Below, one piece after another: positions 19,952 through 30,324 of a stretch of DNA of 64,000 nucleotides. Made by a program: the position numbers and the translations under genes. The stretch covers positions 2,464,001-2,528,000 of the forward strand of contig OY970173.1 in NCBI GenBank assembly GCA_963707635.1, in the 5' to 3' direction. Position 1 is the stretch's first letter, and each line of letters begins with the position of its first letter. Source of the DNA: Candidatus Latescibacterota bacterium (lineage in GTDB: Bacteria > Krumholzibacteriota > Krumholzibacteriia > WVZY01 > JAKEHA01). The notes under the pieces are model-generated. The model did no database searches. It was not told where the DNA came from and worked only from the letters and a program-made list of their open reading frames with translations.

Positions 19952-20536
19952 CGCCCGCGCCGCACCACGCGCGGCGAGTTCCCGCACAGATCCACCAGCG
20001 TCGACGGAGCGCGGTCGTGCGTGTCGCCCAGCACGATCAGGTCCACTTCGGCGCCGAACTCGCGCCGGATCGCGTGCGCGTCGTCGAGCGGTTCCTCGCC
20101 CGCGCGATTGACGCTGGTGGAAACGATCGGCTCGCCCAGCTCCTCGATCAACGTCGCGCAGCGTCTCGAGCGCGGGAACCCGAATCGCGACCGTCGGCCC
20201 CACCCACGCCGGGCACGCGGGCCCGGCGGGAAGGATCACCGACAGGGGAGCCGGCCACATGGTCGAGAGCGTGTCGCGCGACGCACAGCCGAACGACCGC
20301 ACGAAACGCCCCGCCATCTCGACCGAGGAGGCGAGCAGGATATAGCGGCGGTCGTTGGGTGCGCGCTTGGCGGCGGAAATCCGGCGCACCGCGTCCTCGG
20401 CGGACAGCCGCGCGCTGAACCCGAAGAGCGTGTCGGTGGGGAGAACCACCACGCCGCCGCGTGCGAGGGTTTCGCGCGCCAGCTCCCGCGCGCGCACGTC
20501 GTCGATGGCGCCTGCGATCGAGGCGTCCCGGCTCAT
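19906..20536 (-). CDS. tsaC: L-threonylcarbamoyladenylate synthase TsaC/Sua5 (apparent frameshift near 20150)
   Basis: GGVVVLPTDTLFG, WPAPLSVIL and VAIRVP in one frame; PIVSTSVN and PSTLVDL in the next. Removing one T (GTTG to GTG) gives LRDVIEELGEPIVSTS. Confidence 0.85.
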
Positions 20537-21000
20537 CCGGCGCGCAGCTCCTCGCGGTACACCCGCAGCCGCTCGGCGATCTTCGCGTCCGCGAGGGCGA
20601 GGATCTGGGCGGCGAGGATGGCGGCGTTCTTCGACCCGTTGGAGCCGACACCCACGGTGGCGACCGGAATTCCGCCGGGCATCTGCACCATCGACAGGAG
20701 CGCGTCGATGCCGGACAGCGCGCCGCCGGGAATCGGCAGCCCGATCACCGGCCGCTGCGAGATGGATCCAATGACCCCGGGGAGCGCGGCGCTCAACCCG
20801 GCCGCGGCGATGAACACCTGCGTGCCGCCGGCGTCCGCCGCGCGCACGTACTCGTGCAGCGCCTCCGGCTGGCGGTGCGCCGAGATCACCTTCAACTCCC
20901 AGTCGATCCCGAACCGATCCAGGAGGTCGGTGGTCGCCTTGAGGTGACCTTCGTCGCTCGAGCTGCCCAGGAGAATCGCGACCCTCGGAGTCTTCGCCAT
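20533..21000 (-). CDS. purE: N5-CAIR mutase
   Basis: ILLGSSSD, ISAHRQP, AAGLSAALPGV, DALLSMVQMPGGIPVATV. Confidence 0.96.
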   Translation of the reverse strand: MAKTPRVAILLGSSSDEGHLKATTDLLDRFGIDWELKVISAHRQPEALHEYVRAADAGGTQVFIAAAGLSAALPGVIGSISQRPVIGLPIPGGALSGIDALLSMVQMPGGIPVATVGVGSNGSKNAAILAAQILALADAKIAERLRVYREELRAG

Positions 21001-21001
21001 A

Positions 21002-22288
21002 CTACCTCTTCGTCCTTTCCGTCGAAGCCGCCAGATGGCGCCTTCCAATATCCTTCCGGTAGAACGCGCCCGCGATGCGCACGCTCGCCACCGCGTCGTA
21101 CGCGGCCCCGACCGCCGACGGCAGTCCGTCCGCCCACGCCGTCACCGCGAGCACGCGCCCGCCGGCGGTGACCACGCGGCCGTCCTGCGCGCGCGTGCCG
21201 GCGTGGAACACCGCCACGTTTTCGCCGCGCACCTCGTCCAGCCCTTCGATGGGAACGCCGGTATCGTACTGATCCGGGTATCCGCGCGAGGCCACCACGA
21301 CCGCGGCCGCGCTGCGCGCGAAGGTGTCGACGCGGTCCGGAACCCGCCCGGCGGCCGCGGCGGCGAACAGCTCCGCCGCGTCGTCCTTGAGCAGCGGCAT
21401 CAGCGCCTCCGTCTCCGGATCACCGAAGCGCGTGTTGAATTCCAGCACCCTCGGCCCGGACGACGTCCACATCAGGCCGGCGTAGAGCGTGCCGGTGAAG
21501 GGACTGCGCTCCGCGATCATCCCCTCGAGGACCGGTTCGACGACGGCACGCCGCACGAGGTCCAGGTCGGCGGGCTTGATCCACGGCACCGGCGCGATCG
21601 CCCCCATGCCGCCGGTATTGGGTCCGGTATCGCCGTCGAACGCGCGCTTGTGATCCTGCGAAGCGGGCAGCACCACCGCGCGGTCGCCCGCGCAGATCGC
21701 GTGCACCGACACCTCTTCGCCGGAGAGAAACTCCTCGACCACCACCCGTCGGCCCGCGTCGCCGAAGCGCCGCTCCACCATCATCTGGTCGATGGCGCGC
21801 GCGGCGGCGGCGTGGTCCGGCGCGATCACCACACCCTTGCCGGCGGCGAGCCCGTCCGCCTTGACGACGACCGGAGCGGCGAGCGATCGCGCAAAGTCTT
21901 TCGCGCGTGCGGCGTCGTCGAAGACGGCGAAAGCCGCGGTCGGGATGCCGTGGCGGCGCATGAAATCCTTCGCGAACGCCTTGCTGCCTTCCAGGCGCGC
22001 GGCGGCGGCGGTGGGGCCGTAGCACGCGACCTTCGCCGCGCGAAATCGGTCGACCAGTCCCGCGGCGAGCGGTGCCTCGGGCCCGACCACGGTGAGGTCG
22101 ACTTCCCGTTCGCGCGCGAAGGCGAGCAGCCGCTCGACGTCGGTAGCCGGGATGTCGACGTTCTCTGCGATGGCGGAAGTCCCGGCGTTGCCCGGCGCCA
22201 CGAACAGCGCCGTGACGCGGGTGGAGGAACGGATCGCCCACGCGAGCGCGTGCTCGCGCCCGCCCGAGCCGACCACCAGAACTCTCAA
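21002..22288 (-). CDS. purD: Phosphoribosylamine-glycine ligase
   Basis: TTG start; LRVLVVGSGGREHAL, APGNAG, VGPEAPL, KADGLAAGKGV, QDHKR, GPNTGGMG, EFNTRFGDPE. Confidence 0.96.
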   Translation of the reverse strand: MRVLVVGSGGREHALAWAIRSSTRVTALFVAPGNAGTSAIAENVDIPATDVERLLAFAREREVDLTVVGPEAPLAAGLVDRFRAAKVACYGPTAAAARLEGSKAFAKDFMRRHGIPTAAFAVFDDAARAKDFARSLAAPVVVKADGLAAGKGVVIAPDHAAAARAIDQMMVERRFGDAGRRVVVEEFLSGEEVSVHAICAGDRAVVLPASQDHKRAFDGDTGPNTGGMGAIAPVPWIKPADLDLVRRAVVEPVLEGMIAERSPFTGTLYAGLMWTSSGPRVLEFNTRFGDPETEALMPLLKDDAAELFAAAAAGRVPDRVDTFARSAAAVVVASRGYPDQYDTGVPIEGLDEVRGENVAVFHAGTRAQDGRVVTAGGRVLAVTAWADGLPSAVGAAYDAVASVRIAGAFYRKDIGRRHLAASTERTKR

Positions 22289-23454
22289 GACGCCGTCCCC
22301 GGCATCGACGCGGCGATCTTCTCGATCGCGCGCCGGATGTTCGCCTGCGAATTCGCATACGAGAGGCGAATGAACCCCTCGCCGTGGGTGCCGAAGGCCG
22401 TCCCCGACAGCACCGCGACGCCGGCCTTGTCCATCAGGTGATTCTCCATCTCCTTGGAGGTTCGTCCCGTGCCGGTGATGTCGGGGAACACGTAGAACGC
22501 GCCCGCCGGGCGGTGGCAGCGGAAGCCCGGAATGCGGTTCAGCCCGTCCACGATGAGGTCGCGGCGCAGGCGGAATTCCTGCACCATCCGGGTCACACTC
22601 TCCTGCGGGCCGCGCAGCGCCTCGATCCCCGCGATCTGCGTGAAGCTGGCGGTGCAGCTGTTGCAATTCGTGTTGAGTTTCGCGACCTTCAGCGCCATCT
22701 CCTTCGGCATGACGCCGTAGCCCAGACGCCACCCGGTCATGGCATAGGCCTTGGAGTGACCGTCGAGGATGATGGTGCGCTCGGGCATGCCGGGATACGC
22801 GTACGGGGTCACGTGCTCGCCCTCGTACATGATCCGCGAATAGATCTCGTCGGAGAGCACGTAGAAATCGTGCTTCACCGCCAGCTCGGAGAGACGCGCG
22901 ACCGTTTCGCGCGAGAGGATGGTACCGGTCGGGTTGTGGGGCGAATTGATGATGACCAGTTTGGTCTTCGGCGTCACCAGTGAGGCCAGGCGCTCGGGGT
23001 CGATCGCGAACCCGTCCGCGGTTCGCAGCGGAATTGGCACCCGCGTCGCCCCCACGTAGTCGATCATGCTCTCGTAAATCGGGAACCCGGGGTTGGGATA
23101 GATCACTTCGTCGCCGGGGTTGAGCAGTGCGAGCGCGGTGAAGAAGATGATCGGCTTGGCACCCGGCGTAATGACGACCTGCTGCGGATCCACCGACACG
23201 CCGCGTTGCGCGCTCACGTATTGCGCGACCGCTTCCCGCGCCTCCGGCATGCCCGCCGACGGTCCGTAGTGCGTGAAGCCGGCCTCGATCGCGCGAATCC
23301 CGGCCCGCTTGATGTTCTCGGGTGTGTCGAAGTCGGGCTCGCCGATCTCCAGGTGGATGATCTCGCGCCCCTTCGCTTCCAGGGCCCGGGCCCGCGCGAG
23401 CACCTCGAAGGCGGTCTCGGTGCCCAGATGGTTCATGCGCTGTGCAAATTTCAT
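22285..23454 (-). CDS. PLP-dependent class I/II (aspartate-type) aminotransferase
   Basis: IGEPDFDTP, NSPHNPTG, SDEIY, SKAYAMTGWRLG. Confidence 0.93.
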   Translation of the reverse strand: MKFAQRMNHLGTETAFEVLARARALEAKGREIIHLEIGEPDFDTPENIKRAGIRAIEAGFTHYGPSAGMPEAREAVAQYVSAQRGVSVDPQQVVITPGAKPIIFFTALALLNPGDEVIYPNPGFPIYESMIDYVGATRVPIPLRTADGFAIDPERLASLVTPKTKLVIINSPHNPTGTILSRETVARLSELAVKHDFYVLSDEIYSRIMYEGEHVTPYAYPGMPERTIILDGHSKAYAMTGWRLGYGVMPKEMALKVAKLNTNCNSCTASFTQIAGIEALRGPQESVTRMVQEFRLRRDLIVDGLNRIPGFRCHRPAGAFYVFPDITGTGRTSKEMENHLMDKAGVAVLSGTAFGTHGEGFIRLSYANSQANIRRAIEKIAASMPGTAS

Positions 23455-23482
23455 GGTCGTCGCGTAAGCCGTTGAAAACATG

Positions 23483-23511
23483 ACGGTAGCAAGCGACGCC
23501 GTGCTTGTCAA
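23483..23511 (-). promoter_or_regulatory. sigma70-type promoter candidate for aminotransferase-purD-purE-tsaC
   Basis: TTGACA-N17-TACCGT with an extended -10 TG. Confidence 0.55.
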
Positions 23512-23538
23512 AAGGGATTTGTCGCCGCCGGGGCGCCG

Positions 23539-24982
23539 CTAGAACGCCAGCGACGCGAAGAAACGAAGCGACGCGTCGGAACGCCCGGAGCACGATCCCT
23601 GCGCGCCGAGCCCCGCGTGGGCCCCCAGCGCGACCCGCACCGACGCGATCACCCCGGTGCCGCTGGCGGAGGTGGCGGTGAACGCGCTCGAGCCCACGAG
23701 GCCCGCGTTCGAAACGTACGCCACCTGTCCGCCGCGCAGCGCGAGGGCGCTTGCCCGCACCCGCGCGTCGAACGCACCCGCGCGCAACCGTCCCGCCCAC
23801 GTCACCACCAGCCCGGCGGCGGCGCCCGCGTCCCGGATCACCTCCAGACGGTACTGGTTCTCGACCGCGAGCGTCGGCGACAACGCATCGCGCGTGGACA
23901 GCGATACCCGCGCCCGCAGCTCGTCGTCGCGCGTGATGGAAGCGGGAACCACGAACGGCCCGGGCGGCGCGGACGTCTCCTCGTCGCGCGTGAAGCGTAC
24001 CCCGAGCTCGAGTCCGACCCGTGTGCTCACCCGCCACGCGCCGGACCACTCGACGCGCCGCCGGTGCGCTTCCGCGCCGGATCGCCGGCGCGTGCTCACC
24101 AGGAAGACCGTCCGGCTGGTTGCGGCGGCCCACGCGTCGCGACGTTCGATGGCACCGCCCCAGCGCGCGCTGGGGGTGAGAATTTCGTCCGGCGGAGTCG
24201 CGCCGGCGGCCACCGCTGCCCGCCACTGGTGCCGTTCGCCGACCACGGCGCGCGCCAGCGCCCGGGCCGTGCCGTGCGCCAGTCCGGCCTCCGCCGACAC
24301 CCATCCGCTGTCGGCATGGTGGCCTGCGAATGCGGACACCGCCGTTTCGCGTCGCCGGTCCGCCGCGCGCCACGCGCCGGCGCCGACGCCGGCCGTCGTG
24401 CCTCGCGCGCTCCACTCGAGGCTGGTCCACAGCGCGCGCGTGGAGGGGTCGTCGCGAACGCTCCATCCGCCGACCGATATGACGAACGGCTCCATCGCCA
24501 TCGCCACGCCGGCTCCGACGCTCGTGCCCCATACCAGGGTCGAGGGCACGAGGCGCAAGCCCGCGACGGCCGGCGACGGGCGCGCGTGAAGCTGGGCGTC
24601 ATCACGACGGTCGGCAAGCAGCGCTCCTTCGCCCACCGTCGGGCGTACGACCCCGGCCACGGCGTGGCGGAGCGTTCCGGACCCCGTCCATTCCACGGCC
24701 CCCGACACGGCCGATTCGGTGGTGCGCACCCGCGCCGACGCCCCGCGATACACCGGCGCGCGCGGACGCCACGCGTGTCTCCCCCATCATTGCGTTTGCA
24801 ATGAACGAGGCGCGGCTGTCGTCATCGACCTGTTCGTCCAGGACCAGACCCGGGTGCTCGTCGCCCCACTCGGCGCGCGTCGTGTCGGACGCGTCCGCGA
24901 CGCTCCTCGAAATCGGGCGCGGACCGCCGCACGCAGGCACGACGGTGAGCGCCGCGATCCACGCCGCCGCGCGCAGCTTCAT
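23539..24982 (-). CDS. Putative outer-membrane beta-barrel protein (apparent frameshift near 24750)
   Basis: Lipoprotein-like signal MKLRAAAWIAALTVVPAC, amphipathic strands and terminal Phe (LRFFASLAF). Confidence 0.6.
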
Positions 24983-25752
24983 CGCGTCCACGTCACCGAG
25001 ACGCCATGGGAGAGACCCATCACCGCGTGGTGGGCCACCCCGGTCGCGACCTCCACACGATCCATCACGATGCGCGCCGCGACGCGCGAGGTATCGGTGC
25101 CGTCGTCGTAGCCTGCGATCAGCCCCAGCCGCGCGTCGGGACGCGCAACCACCGCCACGCCGGCGGCCACCACCCGTGACCCGTCGAAGCGCAGCGACCC
25201 CACGACGGTGGCCATCGCGCCCGCGCGTCCCAGAACCGCGACGGATACCGACGTCGACCGCACGAACGCGCCCGACATCGCTTCGACGTCGGCGACCAGG
25301 GAGACCGGGCCGAGGTCGGCGCGCGAGAACGCGCCGCCTAGCAGCGAGCGCTCGGAGAGGACGCCGCGCAGATCGACTTGCTCGACACCGGCCCGCATCC
25401 CACCCTGCCACACGCCGGCGTGGGCGTGCCCGGCTTCGACCACCACGCGCGTGTGGCCGCCGACCGGCGAATCGATCTGGGCCAGCTCGATCCGGAGCAT
25501 TGCTGGACCGAGCATTGCTGCGGATTGCACGCCGACGACGCGCAGACCGGCGATGCCGAACAGCTCCGCGTCGGCGACCTCGACGCTCCAGCGCCGGGGC
25601 TCGTTCCCTTCGACTGCACCCGGGTAGAGGGCCGTGCGCACCCCCACCGCGCGGTCGACGACACTCGGAAACGTCACCTGCGCGACGGCGGATCCCGCCA
25701 GAAACGCCGAGGCCACTGCGGCGAGCACTCCCCTACTGTCTCCGCGCCGCAC
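24979..25752 (-). CDS. PorV-like small beta-barrel protein (start uncertain)
   Basis: Signal peptide, ELFGIAGL and C-terminal AHHAVMGLSHGVSVTW, similar in style to the barrel at 58356. Confidence 0.55.
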   Translation of the reverse strand: MRRGDSRGVLAAVASAFLAGSAVAQVTFPSVVDRAVGVRTALYPGAVEGNEPRRWSVEVADAELFGIAGLRVVGVQSAAMLGPAMLRIELAQIDSPVGGHTRVVVEAGHAHAGVWQGGMRAGVEQVDLRGVLSERSLLGGAFSRADLGPVSLVADVEAMSGAFVRSTSVSVAVLGRAGAMATVVGSLRFDGSRVVAAGVAVVARPDARLGLIAGYDDGTDTSRVAARIVMDRVEVATGVAHHAVMGLSHGVSVTWTR

Positions 25753-27430
25753 ATCCCACCACCACCTTCTCCACGCCCGCGCGCGTGCCATCGGACAAGA
25801 GCGCCTCGCACGCCACCACGTAGATTCCGGGAGGCACGATCCGTCCCATCGCGTCGCGGCCGTCCCATACCATCAAAGTCGGAAACGCCGAGGCGGCGCC
25901 CAGCTCCGCCACGCGCCGCCCGTCGAGGTCGTAGACGCGCGCCACGACCCGCGCCACCGCTGACCCCGGGTGCATTGCCACCCGAAGCAGTTCGCCCTCG
26001 TGCGGGGCGAACGGGTTGGGCGACGCGTCCACGCCGCCGGCACGGGGCGCGTCGTAGAGCGACGCGGAATTGGCAATGGCCGGTGAGCAACCACTCGCCG
26101 ACGACGAGAGCCGCCACACGGCCGGGCCTTTTCCGACGAAGAGGTCGACGCGCTCGAGGCTGCGACCGGCGAGCGAACTGCCGATGGCGGGATATGCGAC
26201 GGCATCCACCGCGATCCCGAGCGGGTCGAGAACCACGACGCTGTCGGCGACCGCGCCGCCCGAGCGGTTGAACGTCGGCCATGTGCCGGCCACACCGACC
26301 ACGCGGGACGGCGGGGCGGACGGCGCACAGGCGAGCAGGCCCGCGGGATCCGGCGTCACCGCCACCACCGCACCCGGCTCCAGGACGAACACATCCACCG
26401 CGAGCCGCGCGGGCCGGGCGCGCGTATCACGGAGCGAGAAACCGGCGAGGTCGATGGGCACCTCGCCGGCGTTCATCAATTCGACGAACTGGGGGCACCC
26501 GTCGCGCGGCGAGCTCCACACTTCGCTCACCAGGAGCGGAATTCGCGCGGCGCGACGCACCAGCGCCACCGCGTCGTTGGCCGCGCGCTCGTCCGGCCCG
26601 TAGCGCGTGCGGATCGAGAGCCAGTGGTAACCCGGGCCCAGGGCGACGTGCGCGAGCGTCTCAATCGACGCGCCCGGCGCGATGGCGAACGCGTTCGGCG
26701 CGCCGTCGAATGTCGTCGCACCGGCCGACGACGAATCGCGGCCCGAGACCTCCACCGCGCCAGCGGGCACGGGCTCGATGCCGAGGTTCACGATCAGCAG
26801 TCCCAGCCGCTCACGCCCCGGGCCGTCGCGCCCCGCGCGCGACGGAGTTCCGCTCGCGAGTGCGAGCGCCACGTCGTGGCGGGCGACGTTGCGTCTGCCC
26901 GGGGTTGGAAACGCCGCCACGAAGTCCGCGTCGTTGTCGTCGGTATCGACGCCGTCGCCCGCGCGGGCCAGCGACTGCCCGGCCGTCACCGCCCGGGCGG
27001 CCCGGGTCTCGACGTAGGCGTCGTCGTCGAGGCCGCCGTAGCCGACGACATCGAGCGCGGCGCCCGCAGCGTCCACGATCCGAATCGCGTCCGGCCCGTT
27101 CTGTAGCGAGAACGAGCTGACCGCGTCGGGCGGCGGACTCACTAGATCGCCGCCGATCACGAACAGCCCGTCGGCCGCGATCACTCGCCCGGGATCCGCG
27201 CGCCAGATCACCGTCCAGCCGGTCCCGGCGCCGTTGTGGAATTCCAGCGTCAGTCCGGCGATGTCGACCGGCAGCGGCCCGCCGTTGATCAGCTCGACGA
27301 ACTCGTGGCCGGCATCGGCGCCGGGATGGTCATAGTAGAGTTCATTGACGAGGATGCGCGCGGATGCACTTCCCGCGGCGATGCCGTACAGCGCAAACAA
27401 GAGAACGTACCGGAGAGACGAGCAGACCAC
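25733..27430 (-). CDS. Secreted protein with two lamin-tail domains and a C-terminal FlgD-Ig/T9SS-like sorting domain
   Basis: ILVNELYYDHPGADAGHEFVELIN, LLVSEVW...QFVELMN; CTD SPNPFAP...VYDLDGRRV...WDGRDAMGRIVPPGIYVV. Confidence 0.82.
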   Translation of the reverse strand: MVCSSLRYVLLFALYGIAAGSASARILVNELYYDHPGADAGHEFVELINGGPLPVDIAGLTLEFHNGAGTGWTVIWRADPGRVIAADGLFVIGGDLVSPPPDAVSSFSLQNGPDAIRIVDAAGAALDVVGYGGLDDDAYVETRAARAVTAGQSLARAGDGVDTDDNDADFVAAFPTPGRRNVARHDVALALASGTPSRAGRDGPGRERLGLLIVNLGIEPVPAGAVEVSGRDSSSAGATTFDGAPNAFAIAPGASIETLAHVALGPGYHWLSIRTRYGPDERAANDAVALVRRAARIPLLVSEVWSSPRDGCPQFVELMNAGEVPIDLAGFSLRDTRARPARLAVDVFVLEPGAVVAVTPDPAGLLACAPSAPPSRVVGVAGTWPTFNRSGGAVADSVVVLDPLGIAVDAVAYPAIGSSLAGRSLERVDLFVGKGPAVWRLSSSASGCSPAIANSASLYDAPRAGGVDASPNPFAPHEGELLRVAMHPGSAVARVVARVYDLDGRRVAELGAASAFPTLMVWDGRDAMGRIVPPGIYVVACEALLSDGTRAGVEKVVVGCAARRQ

Positions 27431-27606
27431 CCCACCACCTCCACCACCCGAACACCACGCGCATGCTATGAGAACGACGCGCGCGAATCAATTTGCACGT
27501 GGTTCACACCCGGGGTGAACCTTGTGAACGGTGACAAGTCGTTCGCCTGACGACGGAAGGGCGATATATCGCCCGCAAAGGACAGCGACAGGACCCGCGT
27601 GGTTGA

Positions 27607-29793
27607 CTAGATCATGCCGGCGCGTTTGCGCAGGAGCCACTCGCAGGAGAGCAGGGCCAGCACCAGCACGAAAAGGAGCGCGCTGGAGCGCAGCACCGTT
27701 TCGGACGTCGTCGGCACGACGCGCGGCGAAACGTCGAGACGATCGGCCACGTCGGCGGCCTGTTCGAGGTTGAGGTAGGCGCCGCCGGTGCGGCGCGCGA
27801 TGCGCTCGAGCTGCGCCCGATCCTGCTGGGTGCGCTGGAATTCGACCGACGTCTCGGACACACGGATTTCGAGCGCCTTCGACTGGATCGCGCGGTCGGG
27901 CAGTTCCGCGCTTCCGCGCACCGTGTAGCGCCCCGGGGGGAGCGCGTCGAGCGCGACCGAGAGCCGGGTGTCGTCGGGACGCTCGCGGCGCATCGGCGTG
28001 CGGTCGAGCGGGGTTTCCGCTCCGTTCGCGCCGACGCGGGCCACTTCGACCCACACCGGCGCGCCGGTGACCGGCTGGAGTTTTTCGTTGAAGACCTCGG
28101 CGTAGAGCTCCGGCGCCTCGCCGGCGTCGAACACGTTCTTGCTCGCCACCAGCACGAAGCGACCCGATTCCTCCCCGCGCGTGAGCACGTCCAGGAGCCG
28201 GGTCATGAGTTCGTCGTACACACCGTTGCTCTCGGCGACGAACTTCCAGCGCCAGAGCGGCCCGGCCGCGATCGCCGCCACCCGTCCCTTGCCCACGGTC
28301 GCGTAGGCGAGCGCGGGAACGTTGCGCCCGCGGACCCCGACCAGCACCTCGGCGGCCGCCGTCGGCGCGACCCCGGCGTAGAAGCCGAGGAGCGGCGCGC
28401 GTTCCTGCCATTCCGATTGCGACAACAGCGGCACCAGGTCGGCGGTGACTGGGTTGGCAGCGGCCCGCGGGGCCGGACCCACGGACGTGTATTGGAGCGT
28501 GAACGAAAAGGGGGCGCTCCCTGCGACCGGCAACACGCCGGCCAGGCGGCCCCACGCCGCGGGAGTCTCGAACAGCGACGAGGGTCCCGGGAGAACCAGC
28601 AACCCGCCGCCGCGGTCGGAGACGAAGCGCCGGATGGCGTCCGTGACCGGTGCGGAGAGAAAGTCCTCGCTCACCGACGCGAGCACCACCGCGTCGGCGT
28701 CGGCGAGCGCCGCGACGAACTGGTCCGGGCGCCGGGCGCGGCCGATCGGGGCCGCAGGACGCCGGGAGGTGACGAACCACTCGTATTCGAGCGCGGGGTC
28801 ACGGGTGATCAACGAGGTGAGGAAGGAAAGCTCCCAGCCCGGAGTGAGGTCGACGATCAGGATCTTCGCGCGCGCCTTCTCGGCGTCGATCACGACCTCG
28901 CGGCGATTGTTGTCCGGCTCGGCGTCGGCTCCGGCCGCGGAGACGGTGAGCACGAACTCCCGGCGTCCCGCGGCCGCGACATGAACCGGGATGCGCACGG
29001 CGGCTTCGACGGCTCCGGCGGCGAGCGAGGTGTCCGCCTCGAACACGCTGCGTTCCCCTTCCGCGAGGCGCAGGTGGATCCGCTTGGCACGGGAACCGGT
29101 CGAGGCGACGGTTGCCGTAACGATGGCACGCGAGGGGGCCCTTACCACGGGGCTGTACGCGACGCCGGCGATACGCACGTCGTCCGGAGCCAGGGTATCA
29201 CCGACGCCGACGGTCCACACCGGCAAGTCGGGCAGCGGCGCGCGTACCAGCGACGGCTCCGTCTCGACCCCGTCTCCAATCGCGACCACGGCACTGACGT
29301 GTTCGCCTTCGTAGCGCGCGCCCAGTTCCCCCAGCGAGCCGACCAGATCGCTTCCCTGGCCGTCCGGGCGCAGGGTATCGCCCGCCTCGGGCTCGAGGTG
29401 GCCGGCGTAGTGAGCCACGTCGACGCGGGCTCCCCGCGCTTCCAGCCTTCGTCCCAGCTCGGCCGCGGTGCGCTCCGCGGCCGCGAACCGGCTCTCGCCC
29501 GCCTTGCCCCCGCCCGCCGGAAGCGACATGCTGGCGGAACGGTCGACCATCACCACCACACGCGCGGGTTCTTCGCGCTGCCCGGTCAGTATCGACCGGG
29601 GGTCCATCAATAGCATTGCCAGAATCACCAGAGCGAGCACCCGGAGGGTGAGCAGCAGGGACCGCATCCGGCCCGCGAGGACTGGGATCGTCCGCCAGTA
29701 CGCGAACAGGGAGACCGCCACGAGCAGCGCCGCCAGGGCGATTACCCAGGCGCGAACCGCGAGGCCGAGGCTGGCGTTGGTTTCGGAAAGCAT
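27607..29793 (-). CDS. Membrane-anchored VWA protein with Ig-like and GATase-like domains
   Basis: N-terminal TMs, MIDAS-like DRSASM, PDNN, FVSDRGGGLL, GKGRV...LWRW and a C-terminal TM with LSCEWLLRKRAG. Confidence 0.75.
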   Translation of the reverse strand: MLSETNASLGLAVRAWVIALAALLVAVSLFAYWRTIPVLAGRMRSLLLTLRVLALVILAMLLMDPRSILTGQREEPARVVVMVDRSASMSLPAGGGKAGESRFAAAERTAAELGRRLEARGARVDVAHYAGHLEPEAGDTLRPDGQGSDLVGSLGELGARYEGEHVSAVVAIGDGVETEPSLVRAPLPDLPVWTVGVGDTLAPDDVRIAGVAYSPVVRAPSRAIVTATVASTGSRAKRIHLRLAEGERSVFEADTSLAAGAVEAAVRIPVHVAAAGRREFVLTVSAAGADAEPDNNRREVVIDAEKARAKILIVDLTPGWELSFLTSLITRDPALEYEWFVTSRRPAAPIGRARRPDQFVAALADADAVVLASVSEDFLSAPVTDAIRRFVSDRGGGLLVLPGPSSLFETPAAWGRLAGVLPVAGSAPFSFTLQYTSVGPAPRAAANPVTADLVPLLSQSEWQERAPLLGFYAGVAPTAAAEVLVGVRGRNVPALAYATVGKGRVAAIAAGPLWRWKFVAESNGVYDELMTRLLDVLTRGEESGRFVLVASKNVFDAGEAPELYAEVFNEKLQPVTGAPVWVEVARVGANGAETPLDRTPMRRERPDDTRLSVALDALPPGRYTVRGSAELPDRAIQSKALEIRVSETSVEFQRTQQDRAQLERIARRTGGAYLNLEQAADVADRLDVSPRVVPTTSETVLRSSALLFVLVLALLSCEWLLRKRAGMI

Positions 29794-29900
29794 TCGGGTC
29801 GCGCGCCGGCCGGCCGCTACCGGCCCGGAGCCACGACAGTATATACACCCGGGAGCGCCCGGCTATGCCGAAAGCGCAAGAGGAAGGGGAATTGTGCCCG

Positions 29901-30278
29901 TCACGCGGACGTGTCCGCCACTTTGAACGCTCCGATCGCGTCCTGCGTGGTCGGATAGGCTTCCAGAATCGAGTGGAACTCGAGCAGCTGGAAGACCTCG
30001 TGGACGTCGCCGGTCATTCCCGAGAGCTTGAGATCCCCGCCGTGGTTGCGGATGCGCTTGATCTCCCCGATGAAGATGCCCCAGCCCGCGGAGCTGATGT
30101 AGTTCACGCCGGAGAGGTCGACGACAATCTTGAAGAGACTCCGGTCGAGCAGCCCGTAGAGGGCGTTCTCCAGCTCGCCGGCGGTCGTGGTGTCGAGGTA
30201 TCCGCTTACCTTGAGGATCGATACCCCGGCGCTGTTGTTGCCCGAGATGACGCTCACAACGATTCCGTCTACAGACAT
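29901..30278 (-). CDS. STAS anti-anti-sigma factor (RsbV/SpoIIAA-like)
   Basis: SGYLDTTTA, VVDLSGVNYISSAGWG, GGDLKL, VFQLLEF. Confidence 0.92.
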   Translation of the reverse strand: MSVDGIVVSVISGNNSAGVSILKVSGYLDTTTAGELENALYGLLDRSLFKIVVDLSGVNYISSAGWGIFIGEIKRIRNHGGDLKLSGMTGDVHEVFQLLEFHSILEAYPTTQDAIGAFKVADTSA

Positions 30279-30324
30279 CGCACCCTTCCTCATCCGGTTG
30301 TATACCCCGCCGGGGCCGCCGCGG

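Noticed and set aside
21002..24532. Apparent 1176-aa PurD fusion and similar N-terminal extensions (15480..17705, 37218..40061, 54023..55165, 17321..19048)
   Set aside because: The extensions overlap other real genes in a different frame. True starts lie at the recognisable domain boundaries with coupled stop/start.
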